From contig CAWBKB010000003.1 of NCBI GenBank assembly GCA_963789265.1, positions 64,001 to 128,000 of the forward strand: 64,000 nt of DNA, given 5' to 3'. This document shows, piece after piece, positions 11,611 to 22,601 of the stretch. Under the pieces are notes generated by a model. That model ran no database searches and was not told the origin of the DNA. It was given only the letters and a program-made list of their open reading frames with translations. This stretch comes from an uncultured delta proteobacterium. GTDB lineage: Bacteria > Desulfobacterota > Desulfomonilia > Desulfomonilales > Desulfomonilaceae. The position numbers and the translations under genes are program-made. Each line of letters starts with the position of its first letter. The stretch's first letter is position 1.

Positions 11611-12357
11611 ATGATCCGGGTGGAGAAGGTCCACAAGTCATACGGCGGTCAGAGGGTCCTGGACGGAACAAGCTTCCACATAACATCAGGATCCGTGACG
11701 ACTATAATAGGCGGGTCCGGTGCCGGAAAATCGGTTCTGATAAGGCTCCTGATCGGGCTTGAAGAGCCTGACAGTGGGGAGATTTTGATCGATGGAAAGA
11801 ACATCGTGGGAATGAAAGCGGCGAAGCTCAATGAGATCCGCAGGCGCTTCGGAGTGCTGTTTCAGGACGCGGCTCTCTTTGACTCACTTTCGGTGAGGGA
11901 AAACGTGGCGTTTCCTATCAGGGAACATCTCCGGCTCGGCGAAAAGGAAATCGACAAAATTGTCCGCGAGAAACTGGCCGAAGTCGGGATGAGCGGCCAA
12001 GAAGACAAGTATCCAGCGGAACTTTCGGGAGGCATGCGCAAGCGGGTAGGTTTAGCACGGGCACTAGCTTTGGAACCGGACATCGTCTTCTTCGACGAAC
12101 CCACCACCGGACTTGACCCGATCATGCAGGCGGTGATCTTCAGGCTAATAATCTCAACACACATCGATCATCCGTCCACCTATGTGCTTGTGAGCCATGA
12201 CATCCAAGGCGTCTTGAAAATCTCCGATGAGATCATGCTTCTCTACAAGGGTAAGATAGCGGCACAAGGAACACCGCAAGAGATATCGAGCAGCTCTGAT
12301 CCACTGATTTATCAGTTCATTACGGGTTCGCCGACCGGGCCCATAGTGGTCGAGTGA
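11611..12357 (+). CDS. mlaF: MlaF family ABC ATPase
   Basis: GGSGAGKS, LSGGMRKRVGLARA, FFDEPTTGLDP. Confidence 0.93.
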   Translation: MIRVEKVHKSYGGQRVLDGTSFHITSGSVTTIIGGSGAGKSVLIRLLIGLEEPDSGEILIDGKNIVGMKAAKLNEIRRRFGVLFQDAALFDSLSVRENVAFPIREHLRLGEKEIDKIVREKLAEVGMSGQEDKYPAELSGGMRKRVGLARALALEPDIVFFDEPTTGLDPIMQAVIFRLIISTHIDHPSTYVLVSHDIQGVLKISDEIMLLYKGKIAAQGTPQEISSSSDPLIYQFITGSPTGPIVVE

Positions 12358-12377
12358 TAGAAAAAGGCAGCGGCTGA

Positions 12378-13418
12378 ATGAACAAGTTCTCACTGGAAGC
12401 GAAGGTAGGGATATTCTTTTTGGCGTGTCTTGCCATCGCTGCCTACGTCTGGTTTGGGGTATTAGGGGTCAGCTTTCAGAAAGGTTTCATCCTCAAGGCA
12501 TACTTCCGTACGGTGGAAGGCCTGGTTCCGGGGTCACAAGTGCAGATCGCAGGTATCAGAGTGGGGAGCGTGAAGGACATCGCCTTCGAACCCGAGAAGA
12601 GCGAAGCACTTGTCGAAATGGAAATAAACGACGCCTACCGCAATGCAATCCCGGAAGACTCCCGTGTTTATATCCGGACAAAGGGCCTTATGGGCGACAA
12701 ATATATCGAAATTAGACCCGGAAGACCCAATGCACGCAAACTGAAGCCCGGCCAAACACTCAGAGTGGTCGAAGAACCCGTAAACAATGAAAAGGTCTTC
12801 GAGACAATAGGGGCTGTGGCGCAGGACCTGCAGGTCCTCACAAAGGAGGCACGAAAGCAGCTCATAGAGAAAAAAGGCTCGCACAAGATCGCGAGAACCA
12901 TCACCAATGCGGATGTGTCATTCAAGGATATCAGGGAAATCCTGGCCAGGAACAAGGAAAAAGTAGGCAAAATAGTGGACAGTTCGGACAGCGCCACGAA
13001 GAACCTGAACGAGATCCTTACCCGAAACAGGTGTAAAATTAACCGCACTGTAGATAACGCCAATAGCGCTGCAAAAAATCTGAACAAGATCGTTACTCGA
13101 AACAGGGGCAAAATCAACAGAACTGTGGATGACGTGCAAAGCGTTACAAGAGATATCCGAGGGGGCAGAGGAACGCTTGGCAAGCTTGTCAACGACGAAT
13201 CCCTCTACCGCGATACCCACCGCCTCGTGCGAGACGTGCGCGGCATTTCCAGCAGCATTCGATCCGGTCGTGGAACAATGGGGCTCTTGGTCAACGATCC
13301 GGAGCTTTACTTTGAAGCTCGTCGGGCGATTCGAAACATGAATAAAACAGCCGAGGACGTTTCTGAAGCTACCCCGATCAGCACGTTGGCCATTATTCTC
13401 GGATCGGTGTTCAAGTAG
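12378..13418 (+). CDS. mlaD: MCE/MlaD protein with long helical C-terminus
   Basis: N-terminal TM, GL..GSQV.IAGI.VG.V, GLMGDKYIEI.PG; ~25-aa helical repeats; GTLGKLVND. Confidence 0.9.
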   Translation: MNKFSLEAKVGIFFLACLAIAAYVWFGVLGVSFQKGFILKAYFRTVEGLVPGSQVQIAGIRVGSVKDIAFEPEKSEALVEMEINDAYRNAIPEDSRVYIRTKGLMGDKYIEIRPGRPNARKLKPGQTLRVVEEPVNNEKVFETIGAVAQDLQVLTKEARKQLIEKKGSHKIARTITNADVSFKDIREILARNKEKVGKIVDSSDSATKNLNEILTRNRCKINRTVDNANSAAKNLNKIVTRNRGKINRTVDDVQSVTRDIRGGRGTLGKLVNDESLYRDTHRLVRDVRGISSSIRSGRGTMGLLVNDPELYFEARRAIRNMNKTAEDVSEATPISTLAIILGSVFK

Positions 13419-13420
13419 GA

Positions 13421-14869
13421 GTGGCCGGAATGACACCGGCAACAGGGCACAATAGCAGCGTCGATCACGATCCTTGTGAGTCAGAGTTCGCAAAGGCGGC
13501 CCTGGAAGATTGGAATCGCCCTTGCTCCTTCGCCCGGGCCAAAGCCACGGCAGGAACTTGCTCGGCCCTTGCGTTAGTCCTGGCTTTCACTCTGTTTCAG
13601 CCCGACCTTCTATTCGGTTCAGCCTATGACTTTCTCCGTCTGATGGCCCCCAAAACTCTATTTGCAGTCGATCCCGACCTGACGATCAGAAGGATGGATC
13701 CCACAGCACCCTCCAAAGCGTGGACTTTGGGCGAAGGCTGGGGATTTCCGCCGTTGCTGTATCATACGAAGGTAGGGGGAATCTACGACAGAGTAGATTT
13801 CCTTTTCCCTTTCGGTTGCCGGGAAGAATCCACTTTTGAGAGCAAGCTCAGGTTCACTCCTTTTTTCGAGAGTCGTTGGTCGAAGATCCCCCCTTTTGAT
13901 GGCTGGTCCCGCTGCCTGACACTGTATCAGGGGCGCTCGGATCTGGGGCAAAAATATTGGGGCTTCTTCCCGTTTTACGGATTTACCTACCGCCGTTACG
14001 GCATGGACAAGAACTTCTTTTTGCTTTTCCCCCTTTATTACGAAAGCACCGACGACGATGTTCGTACTATCCGGCTGCTCTGGCCCTTGATTACTTATGC
14101 CCGGAGTCCCGGCCGTACGGCTTTCAAGGTCTGGCCTCTTTTCGGAAAAGACCGAATCCGAAACGATTACTACAACTGTTTTTTCTTATGGCCCTTCTTC
14201 CAAAAAGTGGACAAGTACCCGGGCACTGCGCAGGCTTCCAGCTACAGGGCCCTCCCTTTTCCTTTGTACATGCGGCAGGACACACGAGTTGACACAACGA
14301 TAGACCTGTTGTGGCCTATATTCACTTATTATCATCACTACCCGTCAGGTCACATTAGGTACAGCTTAAGACCCCTCTTCACTTACGGGACCGGAGGCGG
14401 GATAGACGAGGTGAGCATTCTATTCTTCTATTCTTACAAGAAGGATCGAAACAAAGGCATCACATCGGGATTCAACGATGGTTTCATATCCGTAGGGGAT
14501 GACGAAGTCTTCACAGAGCGTAAGTTTTTCATGATCAGCACCATACAAAAACGGTACCGGAAAGGCTGCCTTGTGTTCTCACGATACAGGTTCTGGCCGT
14601 TCGCGGAATATACATGGGATTTGGCCAAGGGATCTCATTTGAAGATTCCCGAGATCATCTCGCTCAAGAGCGACTGGTGGGATCAAAACCTGGGGCACCT
14701 GCTTCGATTCGTGGACCTGCGTGACACTCCAATTACGCGGGAACTCAGCATCCTCTTCGGACTCAGCCATTGGACGGAACTCAAGCCCAGCCCGCAGATC
14801 CCCTTCCCTCCCAAACCCGGGGACGACTCCTGGACCGAACTCATTGCGGGATCATTCGCCAAACGATAA
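13421..14869 (+). CDS. Hypothetical exported protein with repeated aromatic-Pro motifs (FPF/WPL)
   Basis: 482-aa ORF abutting mlaD; start uncertain. Confidence 0.75.
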   Translation: MAGMTPATGHNSSVDHDPCESEFAKAALEDWNRPCSFARAKATAGTCSALALVLAFTLFQPDLLFGSAYDFLRLMAPKTLFAVDPDLTIRRMDPTAPSKAWTLGEGWGFPPLLYHTKVGGIYDRVDFLFPFGCREESTFESKLRFTPFFESRWSKIPPFDGWSRCLTLYQGRSDLGQKYWGFFPFYGFTYRRYGMDKNFFLLFPLYYESTDDDVRTIRLLWPLITYARSPGRTAFKVWPLFGKDRIRNDYYNCFFLWPFFQKVDKYPGTAQASSYRALPFPLYMRQDTRVDTTIDLLWPIFTYYHHYPSGHIRYSLRPLFTYGTGGGIDEVSILFFYSYKKDRNKGITSGFNDGFISVGDDEVFTERKFFMISTIQKRYRKGCLVFSRYRFWPFAEYTWDLAKGSHLKIPEIISLKSDWWDQNLGHLLRFVDLRDTPITRELSILFGLSHWTELKPSPQIPFPPKPGDDSWTELIAGSFAKR

Positions 14870-15059
14870 CAGAATCAAGGGCAAGATGACGGCTGGACAC
14901 GAAGCCCCCCCGGTGGGCTTATCCAGCAGAAAGCTGTAAAGGCCCAACCATTGATGTGGTTCATCCCGCAAGACGCGGGATAGGCGTTAAGATACCGTTA
15001 ATCAGTTGGTTATGGGCGGTTGCCCAGTAAGGACGTTTTGATAGTAGCCCGGCGCTTGA

Positions 15060-16736
15060 GAAACTGTCTCAAAAGTCGATTTTGGGCTCGCGATTCTCAA
15101 CCGATTCTACTAATGAGATGTGAAAAGAGAATCGGAGAGGGAAAGGATTATGCCGCAAATCAGAGCCGACTACAAGCAGGTGTTTCTGCTTCCGCCCGCT
15201 ATAGATGACTGGATAGGGCCTGATCATCCAGCGCGCTTCATAGGAGACTTTGTGGATTCCTTGGATTTGGAGGTGCTGGGTTTTCGAGTTCCGAATGGCG
15301 AAACGGGCCGTCCTCCCTATAGTACCCGATCTTTTGTTGAAGGCATGGCTCTACGGCTATTTCAGCAGAATCAGGTCATCGCGCAAGCTTGAGAAGGCAT
15401 GCATGGAGAACATGGGATTGATTTGGCTGACGGGTATGAATGCAGCGGATCATAATACCCTGTGGCGATTCTGGAGGGACAACAAGAAGGTTTTCAAGGG
15501 AATATTCAAACAATCGGTTCAAGTGGCAGTCAAAGCCGAGTTGATAGGTATGGCGGTTCATGCATTGGATGGAACCAAGATCCCTGTCGGATCATCTCGG
15601 GAGAAGTTCAAGAACCAAGATCAGTTGGAGCGGATGCTTGAGAATTTGGACAAGTGCGTTGCCGACGTCATGACGGAGACAGAGAGGTGCGAGCAAGAGG
15701 AGGGTGGCGAATGGCGTCTTCCCGAAGCCCTGCAGGACGAGTTGAAACGCAAGGAGCGGATACAGAAGGCCTTGCAGGAATTGGATAAGACTGACAAGAA
15801 GGTCGTCCATCCCTGCGAGCCGGATGCCCGGTACATGAAGAACCGGCGGTCTACTGAGCCCTCTTACAATGCTCAAGCGGTGGCAGACCAACAAAGCGGC
15901 ATGATTGTGGCTGAGGAAGTGGTCGACGAAGGCAATGACAATGGGCAGCTTGTTCCCATGCTGGATCGAGTTCAGGAAAATTTGGGCGCAACCGCAGAGG
16001 AAACCGTGGCGGACGCAGGATACTTCGCATCGGCTCAAATCGCGTTGGCCGAAGAGAAGGAGTACGAGGTCTTGGTCGCCAAGTCGTCGGGAGAGTCCGC
16101 TGCGGAAAAAGGCGCTCAATGGGACCCTTATCACGCTTCCCAGTTCGTCTACGACCAAGAGCGAGACGTCTGTATTTGTCCGCAAGGCGCATCGCTGAAC
16201 TTTCTTCAGAAGAAAGTCACAGGAAAAAACGGAAACGAGATCCGGCGGTATCGATGCCGGGACTACTTGACGTGTCCTGAACGGTGGAAGTGCAGCAAGA
16301 GCAAGAATGGCCGTCTCATAGACATTAACATCTATCGTGACGCAGTTGAGCGTCACCGCAAGAAACGGGAGGTCCCGGAAAGCAAGACGCTACTCCGAGC
16401 CCGCAAGGTGATCATTGAGCCGGTCTTTGCATGGATAAAGAGCCACTTGGACTTTAGACGGTGGACCGTGTCCGGATTATCCAATGCGAAGGCTCAATGG
16501 TCTTTGATGTGCGCCACCTTGAATCTCAAGAAGCTCTACAGCCATTGGCTGACGGGGCGTCTGGTGCTAACCGCGGCCTAAGACATCAGGACGGAGAGTG
16601 ACTCATGGCTGCCTGAGGCATACTCATAGCCGGCCCCGGCTCGTCGGAGACAAGGGAGGCCAAGGTGCGAGATTAACCGCACCCTACCACCCCGAGAGTC
16701 GTCATCGTGCCACTACAACCGTTTTGAGACACTCTC
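15060..16736 (+). mobile_element. IS1182-family insertion sequence
   Basis: IRs GAAACTGTCTCAAAA / TTTTGAGACACTCTC; flanks TTGA/TTTA; sits in the loop of hairpin CCCGGCGC..GCGCCGGG. Confidence 0.88.
15150..16581 (+). CDS. IS1182-family DDE transposase, frameshift at ~15325
   Basis: LLPP..DDWI..DHPARF, GRPPY/PDLLLK..SSRKLE, DGTKI, DARYMK, YNAQ, ADAGY, IEPVF. Confidence 0.9.
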
Positions 16737-17047
16737 TTTAGCGCCGGGGAAACAGTCAAAAGAGAACCTCTGCGTCCCATAGGGACGTCCGAATGTGATC
16801 CTAGAAATCAATCTTTCGAGCGTCCCTACAGGACACAACCGGTACATGATTGGTCGCTTACCCGGCAATGAATTGCCGGGCTATTATCTCGGCGCCCCGC
16901 TGGGGCTCATAAGGTTGCAAGGGATATCCCTTATCTTAACGCCTATGCTCAAGACGCGGGATGACACCCAGAACCCGATCTTGACCGGATGTTGAGTGCC
17001 ACCTTCGACACCCGGGTCAGTGCAGTTTTGGCGCCTACGGCCCCGCA

Positions 17048-18950
17048 TCACTTGTGTTCATCATGATCCGATTTGATGCCGTAGCCGAAAATTATCGCCT
17101 TGAAGTTCTCACCGATCGTCTCTCCAGTGGTTGCCAGATAGAGGTGAGCCACTAAGAAGGCGGCGAAGAGAGCTCCCAGAATGAAATGTGCAATTCCAAG
17201 CACTGTCATGCCCCCGATAGCATTGATGACACCCATGAAGGTGCTCGGATACATGTAAAGGATTCCGCTGATCAATAAGATAGGCAGCAAAATTACTTGG
17301 AACTGCAAGTAAGCTATCTTCTGTAGCGGGTTGAATTTGTTGTCCTCTGTAGGAGCGTACGGATGCGGTTCATGTTTGAAAACCCCGTACCCGTAGAATT
17401 TCGCCTGCTTTATTATTCCATCGGGAATCTCCCCCTTTTTCGGGAAATATTGTGAAATCCGCCAGGTCACCAGATTGTAAATCAACCAGAAGAGGAAAGC
17501 GATTACCGCCGCGATCCCGAATCTGTTGTGCCATCGGACTGCCCATTGGAACGCATCGCCGAATTTCTCGGGCCAATGAAGCACGACTCCGGTGATAATT
17601 AACAGGACTATGCAAAGAGCCTGGAACCAGTGCCAGATCCGTTCCATCAGCGGATGCAGCAGGATTTTTTCTTCGGGCGAATGCAGCGGCCCTTTGCGTC
17701 TTGTGAGAAATCTCAGCCCACCATGCACGATTGGGAGACCAAGAGGGGCTATGACGGCAAGAATGATTATCACATCTAGAGCGGGAATGCGATTGGCGCC
17801 CACGACATAACCGAACTTCTTGAGGCTTTCGGCATTAATGAACTCTGTTTGAGTTATGTACCGGCCCAGGCTAATGGGCTTCATTTTTTCTTTCGAGAGA
17901 ATTGTGGCTTTGGTGTGGCATGATTGGCAGCGGGCTACTTTTGTCTTTACAGGGAGTATATTGTGAACACCAGGCTGTTTGCCCTGGTGGCAGATCATGC
18001 ACTTCAGGGCGAGGTGCAGACGGCTTTCATAAAGGTTCTGATGCTGCGCGACGACGTTCATGCCGTTTGCTTTATGACATTCCACACAGGTTTCGCGGGC
18101 AAAGTCCTTTGCATAGGCATCCATGCTTTTCCCGTAATGCACGTCGTGACATCCGATGCAACCCGGCGCTTTGGACCCGGCATTATTGCCGTGGACCCCT
18201 ACCGCAAGGCTTTCTACAGCATCTTCATGACACTCTTTGCAGTCCACGCCTTTTAGGCGCTCATTGTGCGGAACTTCTTTCACGTCCGTATGGCAAGCGA
18301 CGCAAGTGTTATCCGCATGGACACCTGCGGCAAATTGCTTCTGGCTTATCGAGAGGCTCCATTTTCCAAAAACAAATGGAGGCTTGGGTTCTGGCTGGGA
18401 GAGGCTTCTTTTCCGCAACCACTTGATCTGCCAAGTCTTCTCTAGACATGGTAAGAATGTCGGGATTATGACAGCCGAAACAGGTTTCATTGGTAACCTC
18501 TTCCGATTTTGCTTCTTCAGCCTGTGCCGGAGCAGCTTCTTTCGCTGCCGGCTGGGGTTTTGCTTCAGGTTTTTCTGCGGGGGCAACCGCGGGTGGCGGG
18601 GTGGTTGAAGGAGATTGCGCCGCGGGGGCGGGAGTTTCCTCGGGCTTGGTGGCGGGCGGCTGCTCGGGTTGCGGCTTTTCAGCAGGTTGCGCCGACGCCG
18701 GCGGCTTCGGTCCGGAAGTTTCGGCGGGTTGCGTCGAAGTAGGCTTTGTGGGCTGAGGAATCGCAGCAGGCTGCTTCGCTGGTTCGGGCGGTTTAGGCCG
18801 TGTTTCGACCGGTTGAGGGGATGAAGTGCTCCGCTCCTGAGCCAACGTGGGAACACAATTGTACTGCAACGCCAAAATGAGGGCCGCCGCCCCAATCACC
18901 AAAAAAATAGCAGACTTCCACAGAGTGGAAACGGAAGCGCTTGTCTTCAT
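17048..18950 (-). CDS. Multiheme cytochrome c (7 CxxCH) fused to cytochrome b (CbcL-like), Pro/Ala-rich N-terminal linker, frameshift at ~18388
   Basis: CFGCH,CVACH,CKECH,CIGCH,CVECH,CMICH,CQSCH; ERIWHW, NPLQKIAY, HLYLAT; RBS GGAGG. Confidence 0.85.
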
Positions 18951-19283
18951 CGGAACCTCCTTGCACTCAAAAAGCACACTGAAACATTAAATATAATAGA
19001 CCTTTACAATTCCAACTTGAGGGGGAGATTGTAGTGATTCCAAAAAACAATCCCGACTGTGAATTCGCATCGTTCCGGCGTGAGCCAAATCCCGGAATCA
19101 GCCGGGCCCCAGCGCCTTGCCCGGACCTGATCCGGAATCAGCCGGTCCAACAGGGACGAGCCGTTCAGCAAGGACTTTTGAAAAATGCTGTAGGAGCATT
19201 TATTACCCTTGGCACGGGTATGAGGTCAAGAAGAATTCTCGGCAACAAGTAAGCATTAAGTTTTCAGGCAACCCGGCGCTGAA

Positions 19284-19492
19284 GAAACTGTCTCAAAAGC
19301 AATGAAGCGGTCGGAATCGTAGCACGTATCCCTCACCCTGTGCCCTTCTCCCAGAGGGCGAGGGAAGTGCAAAACTGTCCTGGATCTGCTCCCTCTCCCT
19401 CTGGGAGAGGGTTGGGGTGAGGGCGACGACTATACGAATGAGCCTGAATCGTGGCACGATTCTGGTCATCAAAATAGTTTTGAGACACTTTC
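19284..19492. mobile_element. MITE family C: non-autonomous element with IS1182-type ends carrying a REP doublet
   Basis: GAAACTGTCTCAAAA ... TTTTGAGACACTTTC with perfect 4-bp TGAA duplication; cargo CCCTCACCC..GGGTGAGGG at 19330-19423. Confidence 0.85.
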
Positions 19493-19767
19493 TGAAGGAC
19501 CGGTCTACTTTCAATCGCCCCTATTGGGGCTCAAATGCAAACGGCCCGGAGGGACCGATGATGGTAGCCCGGTCCCGCGCGGAACGCAGGATTGCCGAGA
19601 AAGGAGGAATCGTGCTACGAATTTCGTTTATGAATCGATTTTTTCTCGTTCCCGGAGTCTGCCTGGATTGCCTGTCAACGAGGATCTGCCTTGACCTTAA
19701 TCGTGAAACGAAGGCGGTTTGCCGGCAGAGTCTCGCGTACCCCAGGTAAGTGAATGCTTACTGACAC

Positions 19768-19797
19768 AAAAAAGCCCTCTCCCAATGGGAGAGGGCT
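19768..19797 (-). terminator. Rho-independent terminator after cytochrome c3
   Basis: AGCCCTCTCCCA-T-TGGGAGAGGGCT followed by T tract on the minus strand. Confidence 0.8.
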
Positions 19798-19829
19798 CAG
19801 TTGTGCTCTATAGCCGGAGAATCGTATAC

Positions 19830-20261
19830 TTACTTCTTCTCGCCGGCCGCGGCAGCCTTCTTCTGATGGCACTTCTTGCAAACGGTAGGACCGGTCGGTT
19901 TCTTTTCCTTCTTCATTTTCTTGTGACAACCCTGGCACCTGGTGTGAAAGGCTTTCTGCAGGCCTGGCACCTTGTCTTTGGCCTGTAGCTTGTGGCAGAC
20001 GTTACACTTCTTGACTTCCTGACCTTCCTTCCAGACGTTCTTGCCATTCTCATACACGTGATGGCAGGTTGTGCACGGGGCTGCTTTGTGCTTGGCGTGG
20101 GTGAAGATTACAGGTCCCTGCTTGAATGTCTTGAAAACATCTTTGCTCTCGATGCTGATTGGTTTGTCAGGTACTTTTGTGGCCGCATAAGCCAGAGTGA
20201 ACGCGACCAGGACCGCAACACCCAGGATGAGTCCAAGAACAACTCTCCCTTTGTGCTTCAT
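19830..20261 (-). CDS. Tetraheme cytochrome c3 (class III)
   Basis: Signal peptide; FTHAKH, CTTCHH, CNVCH, AFH..CQGCH, CKKCH; RBS GAGGAGG. Confidence 0.92.
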   Translation of the reverse strand: MKHKGRVVLGLILGVAVLVAFTLAYAATKVPDKPISIESKDVFKTFKQGPVIFTHAKHKAAPCTTCHHVYENGKNVWKEGQEVKKCNVCHKLQAKDKVPGLQKAFHTRCQGCHKKMKKEKKPTGPTVCKKCHQKKAAAAGEKK

Positions 20262-20363
20262 GTTCAAACCTCCTCACTAAGTAAATACAAGCCGGAAATC
20301 CCGCGAAATTCGGCAAGATGTTCCTTAAAGGGCGGTTTACATTATCACACCCCCCCTGCCCGT

Positions 20364-20855
20364 TCAAACTTTTTTTTGCGGTTCAATTCCCAGCATTTTC
20401 AATTCATCCACCACCCTGAGAACTAATTCATCCACGCGTGCAGCCACCGTTTCCGTCAATTCGAGCCCAAAAGGCTGAATGTTTTCGGGCTCCACGCCGA
20501 CTACCACCACGCTTTTCGGCTCCTCGTCCAAGAGCGAACAGAGGTTGAGCGCCTCAACCAAATCGCTGTCGTGTGCAGACTGTTTCGCTCTTAGGCCTTT
20601 AGGGAGGTCCTTGCCTTCCAGACGGTACAGCGTGCCAGGCTCGCCGCGACCGAGTACTGCGTCTACGACGATAAGTCGATCGGCTTGCTGGATCGTGGAC
20701 ATGAGCCAGAGCCCCTGTGTGCCCCCATCTATGACCTGAACCTGCTCGGGCAATACATAGCGACGCTGCAACTCCTCCACGACCCTTACTCCGACCCCTT
20801 CGTCTCTCAAAAGTATGTTGCCGACCCCAAGGACCACAATTCTTTCCGTATGCAT
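20364..20855 (-). CDS. Hydrogenase maturation protease (HybD/HyaD family)
   Basis: VLGVGNILLRDEGVG, DGGT, IVVDAV, SAH. Confidence 0.93.
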   Translation of the reverse strand: MHTERIVVLGVGNILLRDEGVGVRVVEELQRRYVLPEQVQVIDGGTQGLWLMSTIQQADRLIVVDAVLGRGEPGTLYRLEGKDLPKGLRAKQSAHDSDLVEALNLCSLLDEEPKSVVVVGVEPENIQPFGLELTETVAARVDELVLRVVDELKMLGIEPQKKV

Positions 20856-20897
20856 AAGCTGTATTCCATGAAAATTCAGAAGGAAGTTCGTTGACGA

Positions 20898-21995
20898 CTA
20901 TCTCTTTCTTGAAAAGAATCCTCTCTTTTCCGGGGTTACTTTGGCTCCCTCAAGCTCGGCGAGCCTACGGAGGATGTCTTCGTGCTCCTTGCTCACTCTC
21001 TTGGGTGTCTCTATGTATACCACCACGACAAGATCCCCGCAGCCCCGGCCGCGAAGATGGGGGATGCCTTTGCTGTGAATCCGAAAATCCTGTCCTGATT
21101 GTGTGCTCGCCGGAACTTCAAAATGCTCCGAACCATCGAGTGTGGGGATCTCTATTTCGCCCCCGAGAGCGGCCAGGCTGTACGGTATAGGAACGCCGAC
21201 TATCACGTCGTCATCCTGGCGACGGAAGACTTCGTGGGGTTCAACGTGAATAAAAACATAAAGATCGCCCTGCGGTGCTCCAGGTTCTCCATGTTCGCCT
21301 TCACCGTGGAGCCTGAGCCGCGATCCGGTGTCAACTCCCGCCGGAATCCTCAGAGAAAGCTTCTTCTTTATCAGGACCCGCCCGACTCCACGGCATTTCA
21401 GACATGGATCTTTTATGACCGTTCCGCTGCCCTGGCAGGTCGGACATGTCGTGCTGATGGAAAAGAAACCCTGCGACCGCGTCACTTGGCCGCGGCCTCC
21501 GCACGTAGGACAAACTGACGGTTGGGCCCCACCTTTAGTTCCTGTCCCGTGGCATTCATCACATGGTTCGTGGCGAGAGACCTCAATCTCGGTTTCCTTC
21601 CCGGTGGCGGCTTCCATGAAATCGATGGAAATATCAACACGCAGGTCCGCGCCCCGCCGAGCACGGCTCCGCCGAGCGCCCCTGGCGCCGAATCCGAAGA
21701 ACTCTTCGAAAATGTCTCCGAACGATGAAAAAATGTCGTCAAAATCCCGAAACCCTTGAAAACCTGTCTGTTGGAGCCCCGCATGACCAAAGCGATCGTA
21801 AAGCTGCTTCTTTTCCGGGTCGCTCAGGACCTCATAGGCCTCCGCGGCTTCCTTGAACATTTCCTCGGCGTCTTTATCTCCGCGATTCCGATCGGGATGG
21901 TATCTGAGCGCCAGCTTGCGATATGATTTCTTGATCTCGTCCGGACCGGCGTTTTGGGCCACTCCGAGTACTTCGTAGTAATCACGTTTTGTCAT
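20898..21995 (-). CDS. dnaJ: Chaperone DnaJ
   Basis: J domain with HPD, G/F region, four CxxCxGxG. Confidence 0.97.
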   Translation of the reverse strand: MTKRDYYEVLGVAQNAGPDEIKKSYRKLALRYHPDRNRGDKDAEEMFKEAAEAYEVLSDPEKKQLYDRFGHAGLQQTGFQGFRDFDDIFSSFGDIFEEFFGFGARGARRSRARRGADLRVDISIDFMEAATGKETEIEVSRHEPCDECHGTGTKGGAQPSVCPTCGGRGQVTRSQGFFSISTTCPTCQGSGTVIKDPCLKCRGVGRVLIKKKLSLRIPAGVDTGSRLRLHGEGEHGEPGAPQGDLYVFIHVEPHEVFRRQDDDVIVGVPIPYSLAALGGEIEIPTLDGSEHFEVPASTQSGQDFRIHSKGIPHLRGRGCGDLVVVVYIETPKRVSKEHEDILRRLAELEGAKVTPEKRGFFSRKR

Positions 21996-22179
21996 GGGAG
22001 CTATCCAACATATTGAAATGATTGGCCGCGAGGAATGTCAGTCCCGCTCCATCGACGTATTAATATAAACATTGCAATCCATTTTGTCATCCCCCACAGC
22101 GATTCTTCGGCATCGGTTGCTGCCTCAAACGGGAGACCACATGTCCCATGTACTTGCAACAGGAATTACAGACTTGAAA

Positions 22180-22410
22180 TCAGCCGCTCGTAGCCGGGCC
22201 AGGTCCTCGGCCGGCCTCGCGCTCTTGCAGCCCTTCGCAAGGCCCAAGCTCTCCTTGTTTGGTTAAGAGATGAATCACGCAGGCTGTGCGAAATTGGCAA
22301 TAGATGCGAGGAGAGTGGCAGCATGCGCACTCCGTACACATGTAGTTTCCGTCCTTCTGACAATAGAATCTTCCTTCCGCTTCGGGATGACGATAACATG
22401 GCGTTTTCAT
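22180..22410 (-). CDS. Small Cys/His-rich putative Zn-binding (B-box-like) protein
   Basis: CYRHP..FYCQKDG.YMCTECACC..YCQFRTAC; RBS-like AGGA upstream. Confidence 0.65.
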   Translation of the reverse strand: MKTPCYRHPEAEGRFYCQKDGNYMCTECACCHSPRIYCQFRTACVIHLLTKQGELGPCEGLQEREAGRGPGPATSG

Positions 22411-22601
22411 TAATACATCCTAAATGTATTCGGGGACATAGATTTTGAGCTTAGCCTCAAAGTCCTGCGGTACCGTGTGTCGACACCGGTATAGGGTCGG
22501 CAATTTCACCGGAGAAATCCGTGTATGCTTCCTTCCGGAATTACGACCGCGCAAAATCTATCTTCATTAGTAAGCATTCGACTGGGAATGGTCAACAGAT
22601 C

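Larger units (their letters stand above)
14979..16947. mobile_element. MITE family B (CATAGGCGTTAAG ends) carrying a REP cluster, interrupted by an IS1182-family element
   Basis: TIR ATAGGCGTTAAGATA / TATCTTAACGCCTAT; 12-bp flanking repeats CGCAAGACGCGG (14967) / CTCAAGACGCGG (16948). Confidence 0.8.

Noticed and set aside
12940..13160. 75-bp tandem repeats in mlaD as a separate element
   Set aside because: Ordinary helical repeats of long MCE proteins
15320..15330. Programmed ribosomal frameshift in the transposase
   Set aside because: No slippery heptamer at the junction, and IS1182 transposases are normally single ORFs
18400..18895. Arg/Pro-rich N-terminus of ORF 17048-18895
   Set aside because: Out-of-frame reading of the Pro/Ala linker; the real N-terminus is in the 18950 frame
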